Assembly (NCBI GenBank): GCA_964291265.2 | Contig: OZ219747.1 | Location: 3,872,001-3,936,000, forward strand | From: Alphaproteobacteria bacterium | GTDB taxonomy: Bacteria > Pseudomonadota > Alphaproteobacteria > SP197 | Length of the DNA stretch: 64,000 nucleotides | Direction: 5' to 3' | In this document: positions 22,148 through 33,567 of the stretch, piece by piece | How the letters are laid out: each line of letters opens with the position of its first letter | Position numbering within the stretch: position 1 is the first letter of the stretch | Position numbers and translations under genes: made by a program | The notes under the pieces: model-generated | Databases searched by the model: none | What the model saw: only the letters and a program-made list of their open reading frames with translations | What the model was told of the DNA's origin: nothing

Positions 22148-23806
22148 ATGACGTTCGACCACGACACCGAGTTCGTCATCGTCGGTTCCGGATCAGCCGG
22201 CTCGACCCTCGCAAACCGGCTCTCCGCCAATCCGGTGCACCGGGTTCTGGTGCTCGAGGCCGGACCGATGGACCGCGGCCTCTTCAGCTGGATGATTCAC
22301 ATGCCGACGGCCTTCGCCTGGCCGTTGCGCGACGATCGCTTCAACTGGTTCTACCACACCGAACCGGAGCCCGCGCTCAACGGCAGGGTGATCCACTGCC
22401 CGAGGGGCCGTGTGCTCGGCGGATCGAGTTCCATCAACGGTATGGTCTACATTCGCGGCCATGCCCTCGATTACGACAAGTGGGCACAGCGCGGCTGCCG
22501 CGGCTGGTCCTACCGCGACGTTCTGCCTTATTTCCGGAGAGCCGAAACCCACGAGAACGGGAGCGACGACTACCACGGTGGCAGGGGGCCTCTCCATGTC
22601 ACCGCCGGGCGCCTCGGGAGCAACCCGCTGCATCGGGCCTTCACGGCGGCGGCCGTCGAGAGAGGCTACGCCGAGAGTTCCGACCTCAACGGCTTTCGCC
22701 AGGAGGGTATCGGGGCCATGGACCGCACGACCCGCAACGGAAGGCGCTGGAGCACGGCGACGGCCTACCTCAGGCCGGCGCTGCACCGGGCCAATCTCTC
22801 GCTTGCCACCCGGGCGCTCGTGACCCGCGTTCTCTTCGAGAACGGGCGAGCGGTGGGCGTCGAATACACACACCGCAACAAGGTTCTCAGGGTTCGCGCC
22901 ACGCGCGAGGTCATTCTCGCGGGAGGCGCCATCAACTCGCCCCAGGTCCTGCAGCTCTCCGGCATCGGCCACGCCGACCGCCTTTCCGGTCTCGGCATCA
23001 CGCCTTGTCACGACCTGCCCGGAGTGGGAGAGAACCTGCAGGACCACCTCGAGGTCTTCGTGCAGCACGAATGCACGGAACCGGTCAGTCTGCTGCGCCA
23101 CCTGACACCCCTTGGCAGGCTGAAGGTCGGCCTCAGGTGGTTCCTCGCGAAATCCGGGCCGGCCACCACCAATCACATGGAATCGGGCGGATTCATCCGC
23201 AGTCGGGCCGGCATCGAACATCCCGACATACAGTTCCATTTCCTGCCCATGGCCATGACCTACGACGCCTTCAACGTGAACCGCGTGCACGGTTTCCAGG
23301 CGATGGTCGACATGATGCGGCCACTCTCGCGGGGATATGTGCGGATCCGCAGCACTGATCCGCGCGAGGCGCCCGAGATTCTCTTCAACTACCTCAAGGA
23401 ACCCGGGGACGTGCGATGCCTCGTGGACGCTGTCCGCCTGACCCGGGAGATCCTTGCCTCGAAGGCCTTCGACCGCTACCGCGGCCAGGAGATCTGGCCT
23501 GGAGAAGACCGGCAGACCGATGAGGAACTCGAGGCATGGATTCGCGCGACCTGCGAATCGAGCTACCACCCTTCCTGCACCTGCGCCATGGGGAGTGTTG
23601 TCGACTCGGAACTGAAGGTCCGTGGCATCGAGGGCCTGAGGGTGGTGGACGCCTCGGTCATGCCCGACATCGTTTCGGGCAACCTCAATGCCCCCGTCAT
23701 CATGATCGCGGAGAAGGCCAGCGACATGATTCTCGGGCACCCTCCACCCGATCCATCAGAGGCCCCGGTGTGGGTTCACCCCCGGTGGGAAACACACCAG
23801 CGCTGA
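22148..23806 (+). CDS. betA: Choline dehydrogenase (GMC oxidoreductase)
   Basis: IVGSGSAG FAD motif, PRGRVLGGSSSINGM, GENLQDHLE, FIRSRAGIEHPDIQFHF, YHPSCTC, GNLNAP, betA-like C-terminus. Confidence 0.85.
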   Translation: MTFDHDTEFVIVGSGSAGSTLANRLSANPVHRVLVLEAGPMDRGLFSWMIHMPTAFAWPLRDDRFNWFYHTEPEPALNGRVIHCPRGRVLGGSSSINGMVYIRGHALDYDKWAQRGCRGWSYRDVLPYFRRAETHENGSDDYHGGRGPLHVTAGRLGSNPLHRAFTAAAVERGYAESSDLNGFRQEGIGAMDRTTRNGRRWSTATAYLRPALHRANLSLATRALVTRVLFENGRAVGVEYTHRNKVLRVRATREVILAGGAINSPQVLQLSGIGHADRLSGLGITPCHDLPGVGENLQDHLEVFVQHECTEPVSLLRHLTPLGRLKVGLRWFLAKSGPATTNHMESGGFIRSRAGIEHPDIQFHFLPMAMTYDAFNVNRVHGFQAMVDMMRPLSRGYVRIRSTDPREAPEILFNYLKEPGDVRCLVDAVRLTREILASKAFDRYRGQEIWPGEDRQTDEELEAWIRATCESSYHPSCTCAMGSVVDSELKVRGIEGLRVVDASVMPDIVSGNLNAPVIMIAEKASDMILGHPPPDPSEAPVWVHPRWETHQR

Positions 23807-24031
23807 GTCCCGAACCCCACCCAAGTGCATGCGCACCGGCATATCCGGAAGATGCATGCCATGGCTGCGAGCCAGTCGACGAATGCCGCTTTCTGCAGAT
23901 TGGCATGGCTGCCTGTCGGTCAGCACGCCAGCCGCAGGGCGCGAGTGCCTTCGTGTTTCTGTCGCCGAACAACCCGGAAAGGCCGCAATCTCAGACGTCC
24001 TGACCTCGTTCTTCAGCCGGTCGAAGAAGCG

Positions 24032-25105
24032 TCAGACCATGTCGAGGGACTCACGCACCCAGCGCTGGAGGATGGCAATCGAGTGCTCGCTCATCACGCC
24101 GCCCCGGGGATTGACGACGAGCGGACCCGGTTCGTAGTGACCGCTCTCGAGGCCACGCTGAACCGATTCCACGATGTCGATATCCTCCGCCAGGGTGGTT
24201 TCGCGGTCGAGCCGCGCCAGTTGGCGGGCCGTCGCGTCACTCGCGTCATGGCGTCCATACCAGCCACGGCGCACCGTGACCGTGGCATGACTCGTTGCTT
24301 CCCAGTGGAAGGTGTTGAGAAGACTCCCGGGGTAGACCTGGAAGGAACAGGTCGGCCACAGATACCAGGAACTGTAGGACAGGGCTCCAGCATCCGAGGC
24401 ATCGACGTCGTAGGTCATGAAGTCGGACCGTGCGGCGAAGGTCGTATGCCTGAGGCAATGACCCTGCGGCCGGATGTCGTAGCTGTCGGGATCGAGGACG
24501 CCACTGGACAGCGTCGGATGACGCAGTTTGCAGTGGTAGCACTCGTTGTAGTTCTCCACCGAGACCTTCCAGTTGCAGGCTTCCTCGACCACCACCTCGT
24601 CCACGGGCCGCAGATCGTCGATGAAGGGCACCAGGCCACGCAGTTCCTCCTTGACGCCGGGGTACCAGTCTTCCATTGGAAGCGCCTCGCGATCGGGGTT
24701 GACGAAGACAAAGCCGCAGAACACTTCGCAGCGAACCTCTCCCAGGCGGATCGAGCCGGCATCGAAACACGGCACGTCATCACTTCCCGGGGCACTCTTG
24801 AGATCACCGTCGAGGTCATAGCACCAGCCGTGATAGGGGCAGGTGATGAGTCTCCTGTTGCCCTTGCCGGCAAGGAGCTCGTGACCCCGGTGCCGGCAGA
24901 CATTGTGGAAGGCCTTGACCGCTCCCGAAGGGTGGCGGACGGCCATGACTGCCTCCCGGACGACATAGTCTCCGGGGCGGGGCAATTCGGACTGATGGCA
25001 GACGAGTCGCCAAGTGTGGCCGAAGATCTTCCTGCGCTCTTCCTGGAAGATGCCGTGATCGGTGTACCAGCGGGCACCCAGGGCCCGTTGCAGTTCACTG
25101 GTCAT
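24032..25105 (-). CDS. Rieske non-heme iron oxygenase alpha subunit (CntA/choline monooxygenase-like)
   Basis: CRHRGH...CPYHGW Rieske motif, NWK..VENYNECYHC...HP iron site, ED..IVESVQRG. Confidence 0.9.
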   Translation of the reverse strand: MTSELQRALGARWYTDHGIFQEERRKIFGHTWRLVCHQSELPRPGDYVVREAVMAVRHPSGAVKAFHNVCRHRGHELLAGKGNRRLITCPYHGWCYDLDGDLKSAPGSDDVPCFDAGSIRLGEVRCEVFCGFVFVNPDREALPMEDWYPGVKEELRGLVPFIDDLRPVDEVVVEEACNWKVSVENYNECYHCKLRHPTLSSGVLDPDSYDIRPQGHCLRHTTFAARSDFMTYDVDASDAGALSYSSWYLWPTCSFQVYPGSLLNTFHWEATSHATVTVRRGWYGRHDASDATARQLARLDRETTLAEDIDIVESVQRGLESGHYEPGPLVVNPRGGVMSEHSIAILQRWVRESLDMV

Positions 25106-25205
25106 GGGCCGACTCCACCCTCGTCGTGGTTCCTGTCATTCCGTAATGTATGCGCTTTCATCTCGACAGGTGAACCTCTCCCCTGATACAAACTGCTCGT
25201 GTGGC

Positions 25206-25281
<76 letters not shown>

Positions 25282-26344
25282 GTTCTTTCAAGGGCTTGGA
25301 CACAGGCGCCCAAGTCCTGTTCTCTTCGGGCAAGTACGGGGCGATACACGATGTATCCGGGCGGAAGCCGCCGCTGCCGGTGGGCTGTCGCCAGCTTGTC
25401 CGTCCGACCCTGCCTGCTTGTCGGAGTTGGACATTGTCCGGCAGGGGATTCGTCCGTGAACTGGATCCGGACTTTGCGAATCGGTCCGGGTCTTGACAAG
25501 TCAAGCGCGAACGTCTCTCGGAGTCGATGCCAACGTATGGCAGCTACCCCATGTGGCCTCGACAACAGGCCATTGGGTGCTTTCCTTCCCTGATCTCACC
25601 AAGATGCCTCTTGTTGAACAGGGCGCGTCGGCCTGGCGGTCAGGCGCATGCCTGAGCGCAGTGTGGTGGTGCTGGCCGACGCTCGTTGACGAACCCCGGG
25701 GATTTCCGGCAACACCCGCGTCCATGGCCATCAAGGGTCCGCTTCGCATCAGGTGTCGGGAGTGGTCCACCTTGAGGACAACAACACCCTGCATGAAGAT
25801 TCCTCCTGTCGTGGGGCAGCGGGTGGAAGCGGAAACCGGCGGACAGCCGGGGCCCGTGAACCCCGAGAGGCGCGCGCTCCATGCTGCTGTTCGTCCCCGG
25901 CCAGGCCGGGTCCATCGCGGAGTGCGGTGGCGCTGGTCGGGCACGGTTTGGCAACGGGCTCGATGACGCCGCACTGCAAGGTCCTCGTCGCCCATGTCCA
26001 CCTGCTCGCATCATCGTGCACCCACGCGCCGGACCACGCACCCGTCCGACGGTCACGACAGGCTCAACACGCATGTCGCGGGATGAGCAGGCACAGTGAC
26101 TCGAGAGAAATCCTGATGCGAGGAGTGACAATGACCCTGAGTCATGAACCGTTCCATGACGCCACCTCGCCGCATGGATGGGTTGGCGACGGGGAGGGCA
26201 CCATCTGCTGAAGGGCCTCGATCGAAACCTTCGGGCCAGCCAGCGCGAGCTGCGTGCAAGAGTCGCATCGTCGTGCCTGTTCACGGCGCTCGCTCAGAAG
26301 CGGTGTCGCTTGGCGTCCGGGTGCCATCTCGAGGTGAGACATCT

Positions 26345-27514
26345 TCACATGAGACCGGTGGTGTGGCGCGGGACCTCCGTGTCGCGGTGCACATGGACGT
26401 TGGCGATGAGTCCGAAGGCCATCATCAGGGTCAGCATGGCCGTGCCGCCGAACGACACCAGGGGCAGGGGCAGGCCGACGATGGGAATCAGTCCGGTCAC
26501 CATGGCAATGTTGGAGAAGACGTAGAGAAAGAAGGTCGACACGATTCCCAGCGCCAGCATTCGGCCGAACTGGCTGCTGCTTCGTGACGCGACCCCGACG
26601 CCATAGAGCACGATAAGGCAGTAGAGAAGGATGAGACCGAGGGCGCCGATCAGTCCCAACTCCTCGGCGAGCATGGTAAAGATGAAGTCGGTGTGTTTTT
26701 CGGGCAGGAAATTCAGCTGGCTCTGCGTGCCGTTGAACAGGCCCTTGCCCCACACGGCTCCCGAACCGAGAGCGATTTTCGATTGCTGGATGTGGTAACC
26801 GGCACCCAGGGGATCAAGGCTGGGGTTGAGGAACGTCAGCACACGGTCCCTCTGATAGGGCAGGAGCGTATCCCAGACCACCGGAGCCAGGCCCACGATG
26901 GCGGAAAACCCGGCGACGAACCAGCGCTTGCGGACGCCGGCAAGGAACATCAGCGTGAGGCCACCAGCAACCATCAGGAGACCGGTCCCGAGATCCGGCT
27001 GGCGGACCACCAGGATCGAGGGCAGGAGGATGAGGATCAGTGGAACCGGCAGGCTGGTCCATCGCCGCGCAACATTGAGCGCCAGGCTGTGATAGTAGCG
27101 GGCAAGCGCCAGGATCACGGCAAACTTCATGAGTTCCGATGGCTGGAACTGGAACGTCATGCCGCCAAGCGTGATCTGAATCCAGCGTTGCACGCCGATG
27201 CCGCTGATCCCCGGAATCGCCATGGCGAACAGCAGGGCAAGCGCTCCGGCGTAGATCAGGTAGGCCCACCGGTGCACGTGTCTGATGTTGATCACGGCGA
27301 TGGCGAGAAAGAGAAGCATCCCTGCGCCGAAACGCAGAAGCTGGGGCAGTGCCCATGGTCTCCACTCGCCCCCTGCTGCCGAATAGAGCATCAGGACCCC
27401 GAAGCCGGCGACCAGAGCCAGGAGAAGGAGCAGACCCCCGGCCATGCTGGCGAGTTTGCCGCCGACAAGACGGGGGCCGCTGGCAAGGGAGTTGGGCGAC
27501 ATCGCGACCATCAC
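26345..27514 (-). CDS. rodA: Rod shape-determining protein RodA
   Basis: QRWI, FQPSELMK, QPDLGT, YQRDRV.TFLNP, GYHI.QSKIA.GSG, FLPEKHTDFIF, GLPLPLVSFGG. Confidence 0.96.
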   Translation of the reverse strand: MMVAMSPNSLASGPRLVGGKLASMAGGLLLLLALVAGFGVLMLYSAAGGEWRPWALPQLLRFGAGMLLFLAIAVINIRHVHRWAYLIYAGALALLFAMAIPGISGIGVQRWIQITLGGMTFQFQPSELMKFAVILALARYYHSLALNVARRWTSLPVPLILILLPSILVVRQPDLGTGLLMVAGGLTLMFLAGVRKRWFVAGFSAIVGLAPVVWDTLLPYQRDRVLTFLNPSLDPLGAGYHIQQSKIALGSGAVWGKGLFNGTQSQLNFLPEKHTDFIFTMLAEELGLIGALGLILLYCLIVLYGVGVASRSSSQFGRMLALGIVSTFFLYVFSNIAMVTGLIPIVGLPLPLVSFGGTAMLTLMMAFGLIANVHVHRDTEVPRHTTGLM

Positions 27515-29355
27515 GCGGCCCCCGACACCGCGTCGCCGGTGTTCCAGCGGACCGACTGGCGCCTCTGCGCCTCACGCAGCACATCGCGCACCACAGGCGC
27601 CGCGGAGCCGGACCCGGCCCCCCCGTGATCAACGATTGCGGCGGCGACGTAACGGGGTTCGTCGAGTGGCGCATAACCGACGAACAGCCCATGGTCCCGT
27701 TCTGCCCAGGGTATGTCCTCGTCGTTCGAGCGCCCTTCCCGTTCTGCCTTCCTCAGACGACGCACCTGGGAGGTGCCGGTCTTGCCCGCCATCTCCATGC
27801 CCTTGTCCCGGATCCTTGCCTTGTAGGCCGTCCCCCCGGTACTGTTGACCACCTCGACCATGCCCTGGCGTACGATCTGCAGGTGAGCGGAATCGACATC
27901 AAGGGCGGCAAAGTCAGGCACCTCCTTGTCGGCGGGATGGCGCACCAGCCGCGGTGTCACCCGAAACTCCCCGTTGGCGATACGCGCCGTCATGAGCGCG
28001 AGCTGGAGAGGCGTGGTGAGGACATCACCCTGACCGATACCGACATTGATCGTGTCACCGCCGTACCACGGCACGCCATAGACGGCCCGTTTCCAGGCTA
28101 CGGTAGGAACCAGGCCCGTCCGTTCCCCGGTGAGCTCGATCCCGGTCGTCTCTCCAAGGCCGAACCGCCGGGCCATGGCAGCGATCCGGTCTGCACCGAT
28201 GAGATGGGCCACCTCGTAGAAGTAGACGTCGCACGATGCCTTCAGGGCATCGATGAGATCCATCCAGCCATGCCCCCAGTGCCGCCAGCACCGGAAGGTC
28301 CGGTCGCCCAGGGTGAAGCTCCCGGGACAGTGGAATGTTGTCTCAGGCGTCACCGCTCCGGCTTCCAGTGCCGCCAGGGCAACGATCATCTTGAACGTCG
28401 AGGCTGGGGGGTACTGGCCGGCAACGGGCTTGTTGAGCAGGGGCGAACGGGAATTGTTGAGCAAGGCCTGCCAGGCATCCCCGGTCAGTCCGATATTGAA
28501 CACGTTGGGATCGAAACTCGGAACCGATGCCAGGGTGAGCACATCGCCATTGCGGGCATCAAGAACGACCACGGACCCCGTCTGATTCTCCATCCGGCGC
28601 ACGGCAAACTCCTGGAGCGTCATGTCGATGGTAAGGCGGATGTCCGAACCTGGATCATCCTCGCGGCGCTCGATCTCCCGGATGACGCGTCCCACGGCAT
28701 TGACCTCGACCTGGCGTGTGCCCGGCGTTCCCCGCAACTGCTGCTCGTAGACCTTCTCTATTCCCGTCTTGCCCGTGCGGAAACCGGGGAATTTCAGCAC
28801 CTTGTCGCCTTCGAGTTCGGCTTGTGACACTTCGCCGACATAGCCTGAAACATGGGCCACGAGGTCAGCAAAGGGATAGTGGCGATGCGGAACCGTCTCG
28901 ATGACAATTCCCGGCAACATCGGCAGGTTCACTTCGATGCGCGCCACCTCCTGCCAGGACAGGTTCTGACGCACGGTAACGGGGATGAATCCCTCCTGAA
29001 CTCCGGTCTTGCGCAGCACCTTCGCCATGGCGCCGCCATCAAGCTCGATGAGAGTGGCGATGCGTTCGAGCGTGATCTCGACATCGTCGGTCTGCTCGGG
29101 TGTCATGATCAACTGGTAGGTGGGGCGGTTGACTGCAAGGCCCTCGCCAAACCGGTCAACAATCAGACCGCGGCGGGGCGGCAACAGGCGGATACTGATG
29201 CGATTGTCATTGGACAGCCGCTGATAGCGCGCCGCATCGACAACCTGGAACTCGTAGAGGCGCCCGGCCAGGGCAGCGATCAGCAGTCCCTTGACGCCAA
29301 AGAGGACGAGCGACCGGCGGTTGACCAGGGTTCGCTGCTCGAAGTCCTCACGCAT
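27511..29355 (-). CDS. mrdA: Penicillin-binding protein 2
   Basis: P.RGLIVDR, YPPASTFK (SxxK), SCDVYFY, GKTGTSQV; start 29355 (or 29388). Confidence 0.96.
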   Translation of the reverse strand: MREDFEQRTLVNRRSLVLFGVKGLLIAALAGRLYEFQVVDAARYQRLSNDNRISIRLLPPRRGLIVDRFGEGLAVNRPTYQLIMTPEQTDDVEITLERIATLIELDGGAMAKVLRKTGVQEGFIPVTVRQNLSWQEVARIEVNLPMLPGIVIETVPHRHYPFADLVAHVSGYVGEVSQAELEGDKVLKFPGFRTGKTGIEKVYEQQLRGTPGTRQVEVNAVGRVIREIERREDDPGSDIRLTIDMTLQEFAVRRMENQTGSVVVLDARNGDVLTLASVPSFDPNVFNIGLTGDAWQALLNNSRSPLLNKPVAGQYPPASTFKMIVALAALEAGAVTPETTFHCPGSFTLGDRTFRCWRHWGHGWMDLIDALKASCDVYFYEVAHLIGADRIAAMARRFGLGETTGIELTGERTGLVPTVAWKRAVYGVPWYGGDTINVGIGQGDVLTTPLQLALMTARIANGEFRVTPRLVRHPADKEVPDFAALDVDSAHLQIVRQGMVEVVNSTGGTAYKARIRDKGMEMAGKTGTSQVRRLRKAEREGRSNDEDIPWAERDHGLFVGYAPLDEPRYVAAAIVDHGGAGSGSAAPVVRDVLREAQRRQSVRWNTGDAVSGAA

Positions 29356-29356
29356 G

Positions 29357-29893
29357 TCAGCCTGAACCGGCAACCTCCCGCGCGGCAAGGGACAGGAGAC
29401 CCTGACACCACGCGAGGAGTCGGTAGACCACCGGGAACAGGGCCACCGTCAACAGGACCTGGAAGACATGGACAAGCAAACCGGGGGTGGACCACAGATA
29501 GAGAGCAGCCAGCATCCAGTCAATGATCGCCGCGGCCGTGAGCACGAATGCATACTCGGCCCAGACGATATGGAAGGACTTGCGCAGGAAGTAGCGGCGG
29601 CGCATCAGGACGCCATGGCGCACCATGACAAGGACGAGAGCCGTGATGCCGAGCGGCAGCCCGGTCATGAGGTCCGCAACGATGCCGAGAAAGAAGGCGG
29701 AACCGTAGCCGAAGAGATCGGGGCGGTAGACAGTCCAGAAAATGACGGCAGTCACCCCGAACCGCGGGACCACATCACCAACATGACCGAAGTAGAGCGG
29801 TGTCGAGGTGATGAGCACCAGAGCGACGCCAGACACCATGGGCAGGAATGATGCCCCCCGGTGCTTCAGATTTCCTCGCCAGTCCTCGATCAC
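29357..29893 (-). CDS. mreD: Rod shape-determining protein MreD
   Basis: Hydrophobic, FWTVYRPD, GIVADL.TG.PLG; lies between mreC and mrdA. Confidence 0.85.
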   Translation of the reverse strand: MIEDWRGNLKHRGASFLPMVSGVALVLITSTPLYFGHVGDVVPRFGVTAVIFWTVYRPDLFGYGSAFFLGIVADLMTGLPLGITALVLVMVRHGVLMRRRYFLRKSFHIVWAEYAFVLTAAAIIDWMLAALYLWSTPGLLVHVFQVLLTVALFPVVYRLLAWCQGLLSLAAREVAGSG

Positions 29894-30750
29894 CACAACG
29901 GTTCCAGCATCCCGGCCTCGCGTGTCTTCTGCATGAGTCCGGGCAATGTGTAGTCGAGCACGCGTACATGCTCGATGCGGGCAGGGTCGACGAAGGGTGT
30001 CACGTGGGGAAGACCGCCCTGTGAACCGGTCACAACCCCGACAGGAATGCCAGGAGGCAGCATTCCTCCATCTCCTGAAGTCACGAGGCGCTGGCCGACA
30101 TCAATGGTGCCGGCCAATTCCGTGAACAACAACGACAGGACGCGCGAATTGTCGCCGCTGACGATGGCGGGCCTGCGACTGGATTCGAAGACAACGGGAA
30201 CACGGCTGTTGAGATCGGTGAGCAGCAGAACCCTGCTGCTGTGCCGCGCCGCCTCCGTGATTCTGCCGACAAGTCCATGGGTCGCAACCACCGCCTGCCC
30301 CACCCTGACGCCGTCACGGGTTCCGGCGTTGAGAACCGCCGTCCTGACGAACGTTCCGCTGGATTGACCGACTATGCGGGCCGTGACGAAGGCCGAGCGC
30401 GGTTCGGCGACACTCGAGAGGAGTTCACGGAACTCGTGGTTCTCGGCCAGCAGCTGGCGTGCCGTTGTCTGCCAGTGCATCAGGCGCGCGTTTTCGCGGC
30501 GCAGTCTTTCGTTCTCGGCCGCAACATCGAGCCAGCCGCTGACTGAGTTCACCACCGCGTTGACTGCCGATACCGGGCGGGAGGCCACATCGATGACGGG
30601 AGCCAGGACATCCAGGGTGACCGTGCGAGCATCCGTGACCCAGGAATTGTCCGTTCGACTCATGAAGATGAAGGCGAAAGCAGCGACGACAAAGAAGGGT
30701 AGTGCAAAGCGTTGAGTGGTCTGTCGGTTGAGCAGGACTAGCTTCAGCAT
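29890..30750 (-). CDS. mreC: Rod shape-determining protein MreC
   Basis: TM anchor, ENERLRRE coiled coil, GLVGRI, VLLLTD.NSR.PV, TSGDGG..PPGIPVG. Confidence 0.94.
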   Translation of the reverse strand: MLKLVLLNRQTTQRFALPFFVVAAFAFIFMSRTDNSWVTDARTVTLDVLAPVIDVASRPVSAVNAVVNSVSGWLDVAAENERLRRENARLMHWQTTARQLLAENHEFRELLSSVAEPRSAFVTARIVGQSSGTFVRTAVLNAGTRDGVRVGQAVVATHGLVGRITEAARHSSRVLLLTDLNSRVPVVFESSRRPAIVSGDNSRVLSLLFTELAGTIDVGQRLVTSGDGGMLPPGIPVGVVTGSQGGLPHVTPFVDPARIEHVRVLDYTLPGLMQKTREAGMLEPLW

Positions 30751-30785
30751 GCGTCAATCACCACCTCGTCAATGCGCAGCGTCCA

Positions 30786-31898
<1,113 letters not shown>

Positions 31899-31983
31899 TC
31901 AACACCGGCTGACAACCATACAACCATGTACCCTTCATATCACGATCGGCCGCCACATTCGAACGCAATCAGGTCAAGGCCGG

Positions 31984-33003
31984 TCAATTTCGCGCCTTGT
32001 CCACGAGCCGGTCCTCGGAGATCCACGGCATCATGGCACGGAGCCTCTCGCCGACTTCTTCGATGGGATGCTCGGCAGCACGCCGACGCATTGCCTTGAA
32101 GCTCGTCTGGCCGACCTCGTTCTCCAGCATCCAGTCCCGGGCAAAGCGTCCCGACTGGATCTCGGCGAGAATCGTCTTCATGCGCAGCCTCGCCTCGTCA
32201 TCGATGACACGGGGGCCGCGGGTGTAATCGCCATACTCTGCCGTGTTGGACACCGAATAGCGCATGTTCGCGATCCCGCCCTCGTAGATCAGATCGACGA
32301 TGAGCTTCACCTCGTGGAGTGTCTCGAAATAGGCCATTTCGGGGGCGTAGCCGGCATCGACCAGGGTCTCGTAGGCAGCCATGATGAGAGCCGTCAGCCC
32401 GCCGCACAGCACGACCTGTTCTCCGAAGAGATCGGTCTCGCATTCCTCCCGGAACGTGGTTTCGATGACGCCCGCGCGCCCGCCCCCAATGGCGCAGGCA
32501 TAGCTCAGGCCGATCTCATGGGAAAGGTTGCCCGGATCCTGGGCCACAGCCAGCAGGCAAGGAACGCCCGCTCCCCTGGCAAACTCGCCACGCACCGTGT
32601 GCCCGGGCCCCTTGGGAGCCACCATGATCACGTTGAGATCGGCACGGGGCTCGATGAGATTGAAGTGTATGTTGAGACCATGGGCAAAGGCAAGGGTTGC
32701 CCCGTCGCGCAGGTTGGGCGCGAGGTCGTCATTGTAGAGGCGTCTTTGCCCTTCGTCGGGAGTGACGACCATGACAAGGTCGGCCCGGCGTGCCGCTTCG
32801 GCAGTGTCCATCACCTTGAGTCCCTCGGCCTCGGCCTTGGGCGCGCTCGGGGAGCCTGGCCTCAGGCCGATCGCCAGGTCCCTGACTCCGCTGTCCCTCA
32901 GATTCAGCGCGTGGGCGTGCCCCTGGCTGCCATAGCCGATGATGGCGACCTTGCTGGCCTTGATGAGGTTCAGGTCAGCGTCGTGATCGTAGTAGACGCG
33001 CAT
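31984..33003 (-). CDS. ilvC: Ketol-acid reductoisomerase
   Basis: [37 protein letters not shown]. Confidence 0.98.
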   Translation of the reverse strand: MRVYYDHDADLNLIKASKVAIIGYGSQGHAHALNLRDSGVRDLAIGLRPGSPSAPKAEAEGLKVMDTAEAARRADLVMVVTPDEGQRRLYNDDLAPNLRDGATLAFAHGLNIHFNLIEPRADLNVIMVAPKGPGHTVRGEFARGAGVPCLLAVAQDPGNLSHEIGLSYACAIGGGRAGVIETTFREECETDLFGEQVVLCGGLTALIMAAYETLVDAGYAPEMAYFETLHEVKLIVDLIYEGGIANMRYSVSNTAEYGDYTRGPRVIDDEARLRMKTILAEIQSGRFARDWMLENEVGQTSFKAMRRRAAEHPIEEVGERLRAMMPWISEDRLVDKARN

Positions 33004-33030
33004 GGCAGTGCTCCGGACAAGGTGGTGGGT

Positions 33031-33555
33031 TCAGATCGGATCGGGGCCGCGGGAAATGGCAGCCACGCCGGTGCGGGAGACATCGACAAGTCCCAGCGGG
33101 CGCATGAGATCGACAAAGGCCGAGATCTTGTCGAGCGATCCGGTGATTTCGAACACAAAGGAGCCGATGGTGCTGTCGACGACCCTGGCGCGAAAGATAT
33201 CGGCGATCCGCAGGGCCTCGACCCGCCTGTCGCCGGTGCTCGCCACCTTCAAGAGGGCCAGTTCCCGTTCGACGTGCGCGCCCCGGGTCACGAAATCGCA
33301 GACCCTGTGCACCGGTACGATGCGCTGCAACTGCGCCATGATCTGGGCGATCACCATTTCGGATCCGCTCGTCACGATGGTGACGCGTGACAGCCCGGCG
33401 GACTCGTCGACCTCGTTGACGGTCAGCGAATCGATGTTGTAGCCGCGCCCGGAGAACAGTCCGACGACGCGCGCCAACACGCCCGGTTCGTTGTCGACCA
33501 GAACGGCGATCGTCGCTTTCCTCGTGGAGACGGTCCTCTTTTCGGCAACAGGCAT
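33031..33555 (-). CDS. ilvN: Acetolactate synthase small subunit
   Basis: VDNEPGVLARV.GLFSGRGYNIDSL ACT domain; ERELALLKV. Confidence 0.96.
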   Translation of the reverse strand: MPVAEKRTVSTRKATIAVLVDNEPGVLARVVGLFSGRGYNIDSLTVNEVDESAGLSRVTIVTSGSEMVIAQIMAQLQRIVPVHRVCDFVTRGAHVERELALLKVASTGDRRVEALRIADIFRARVVDSTIGSFVFEITGSLDKISAFVDLMRPLGLVDVSRTGVAAISRGPDPI

Positions 33556-33567
33556 GTCGTTTGGATC

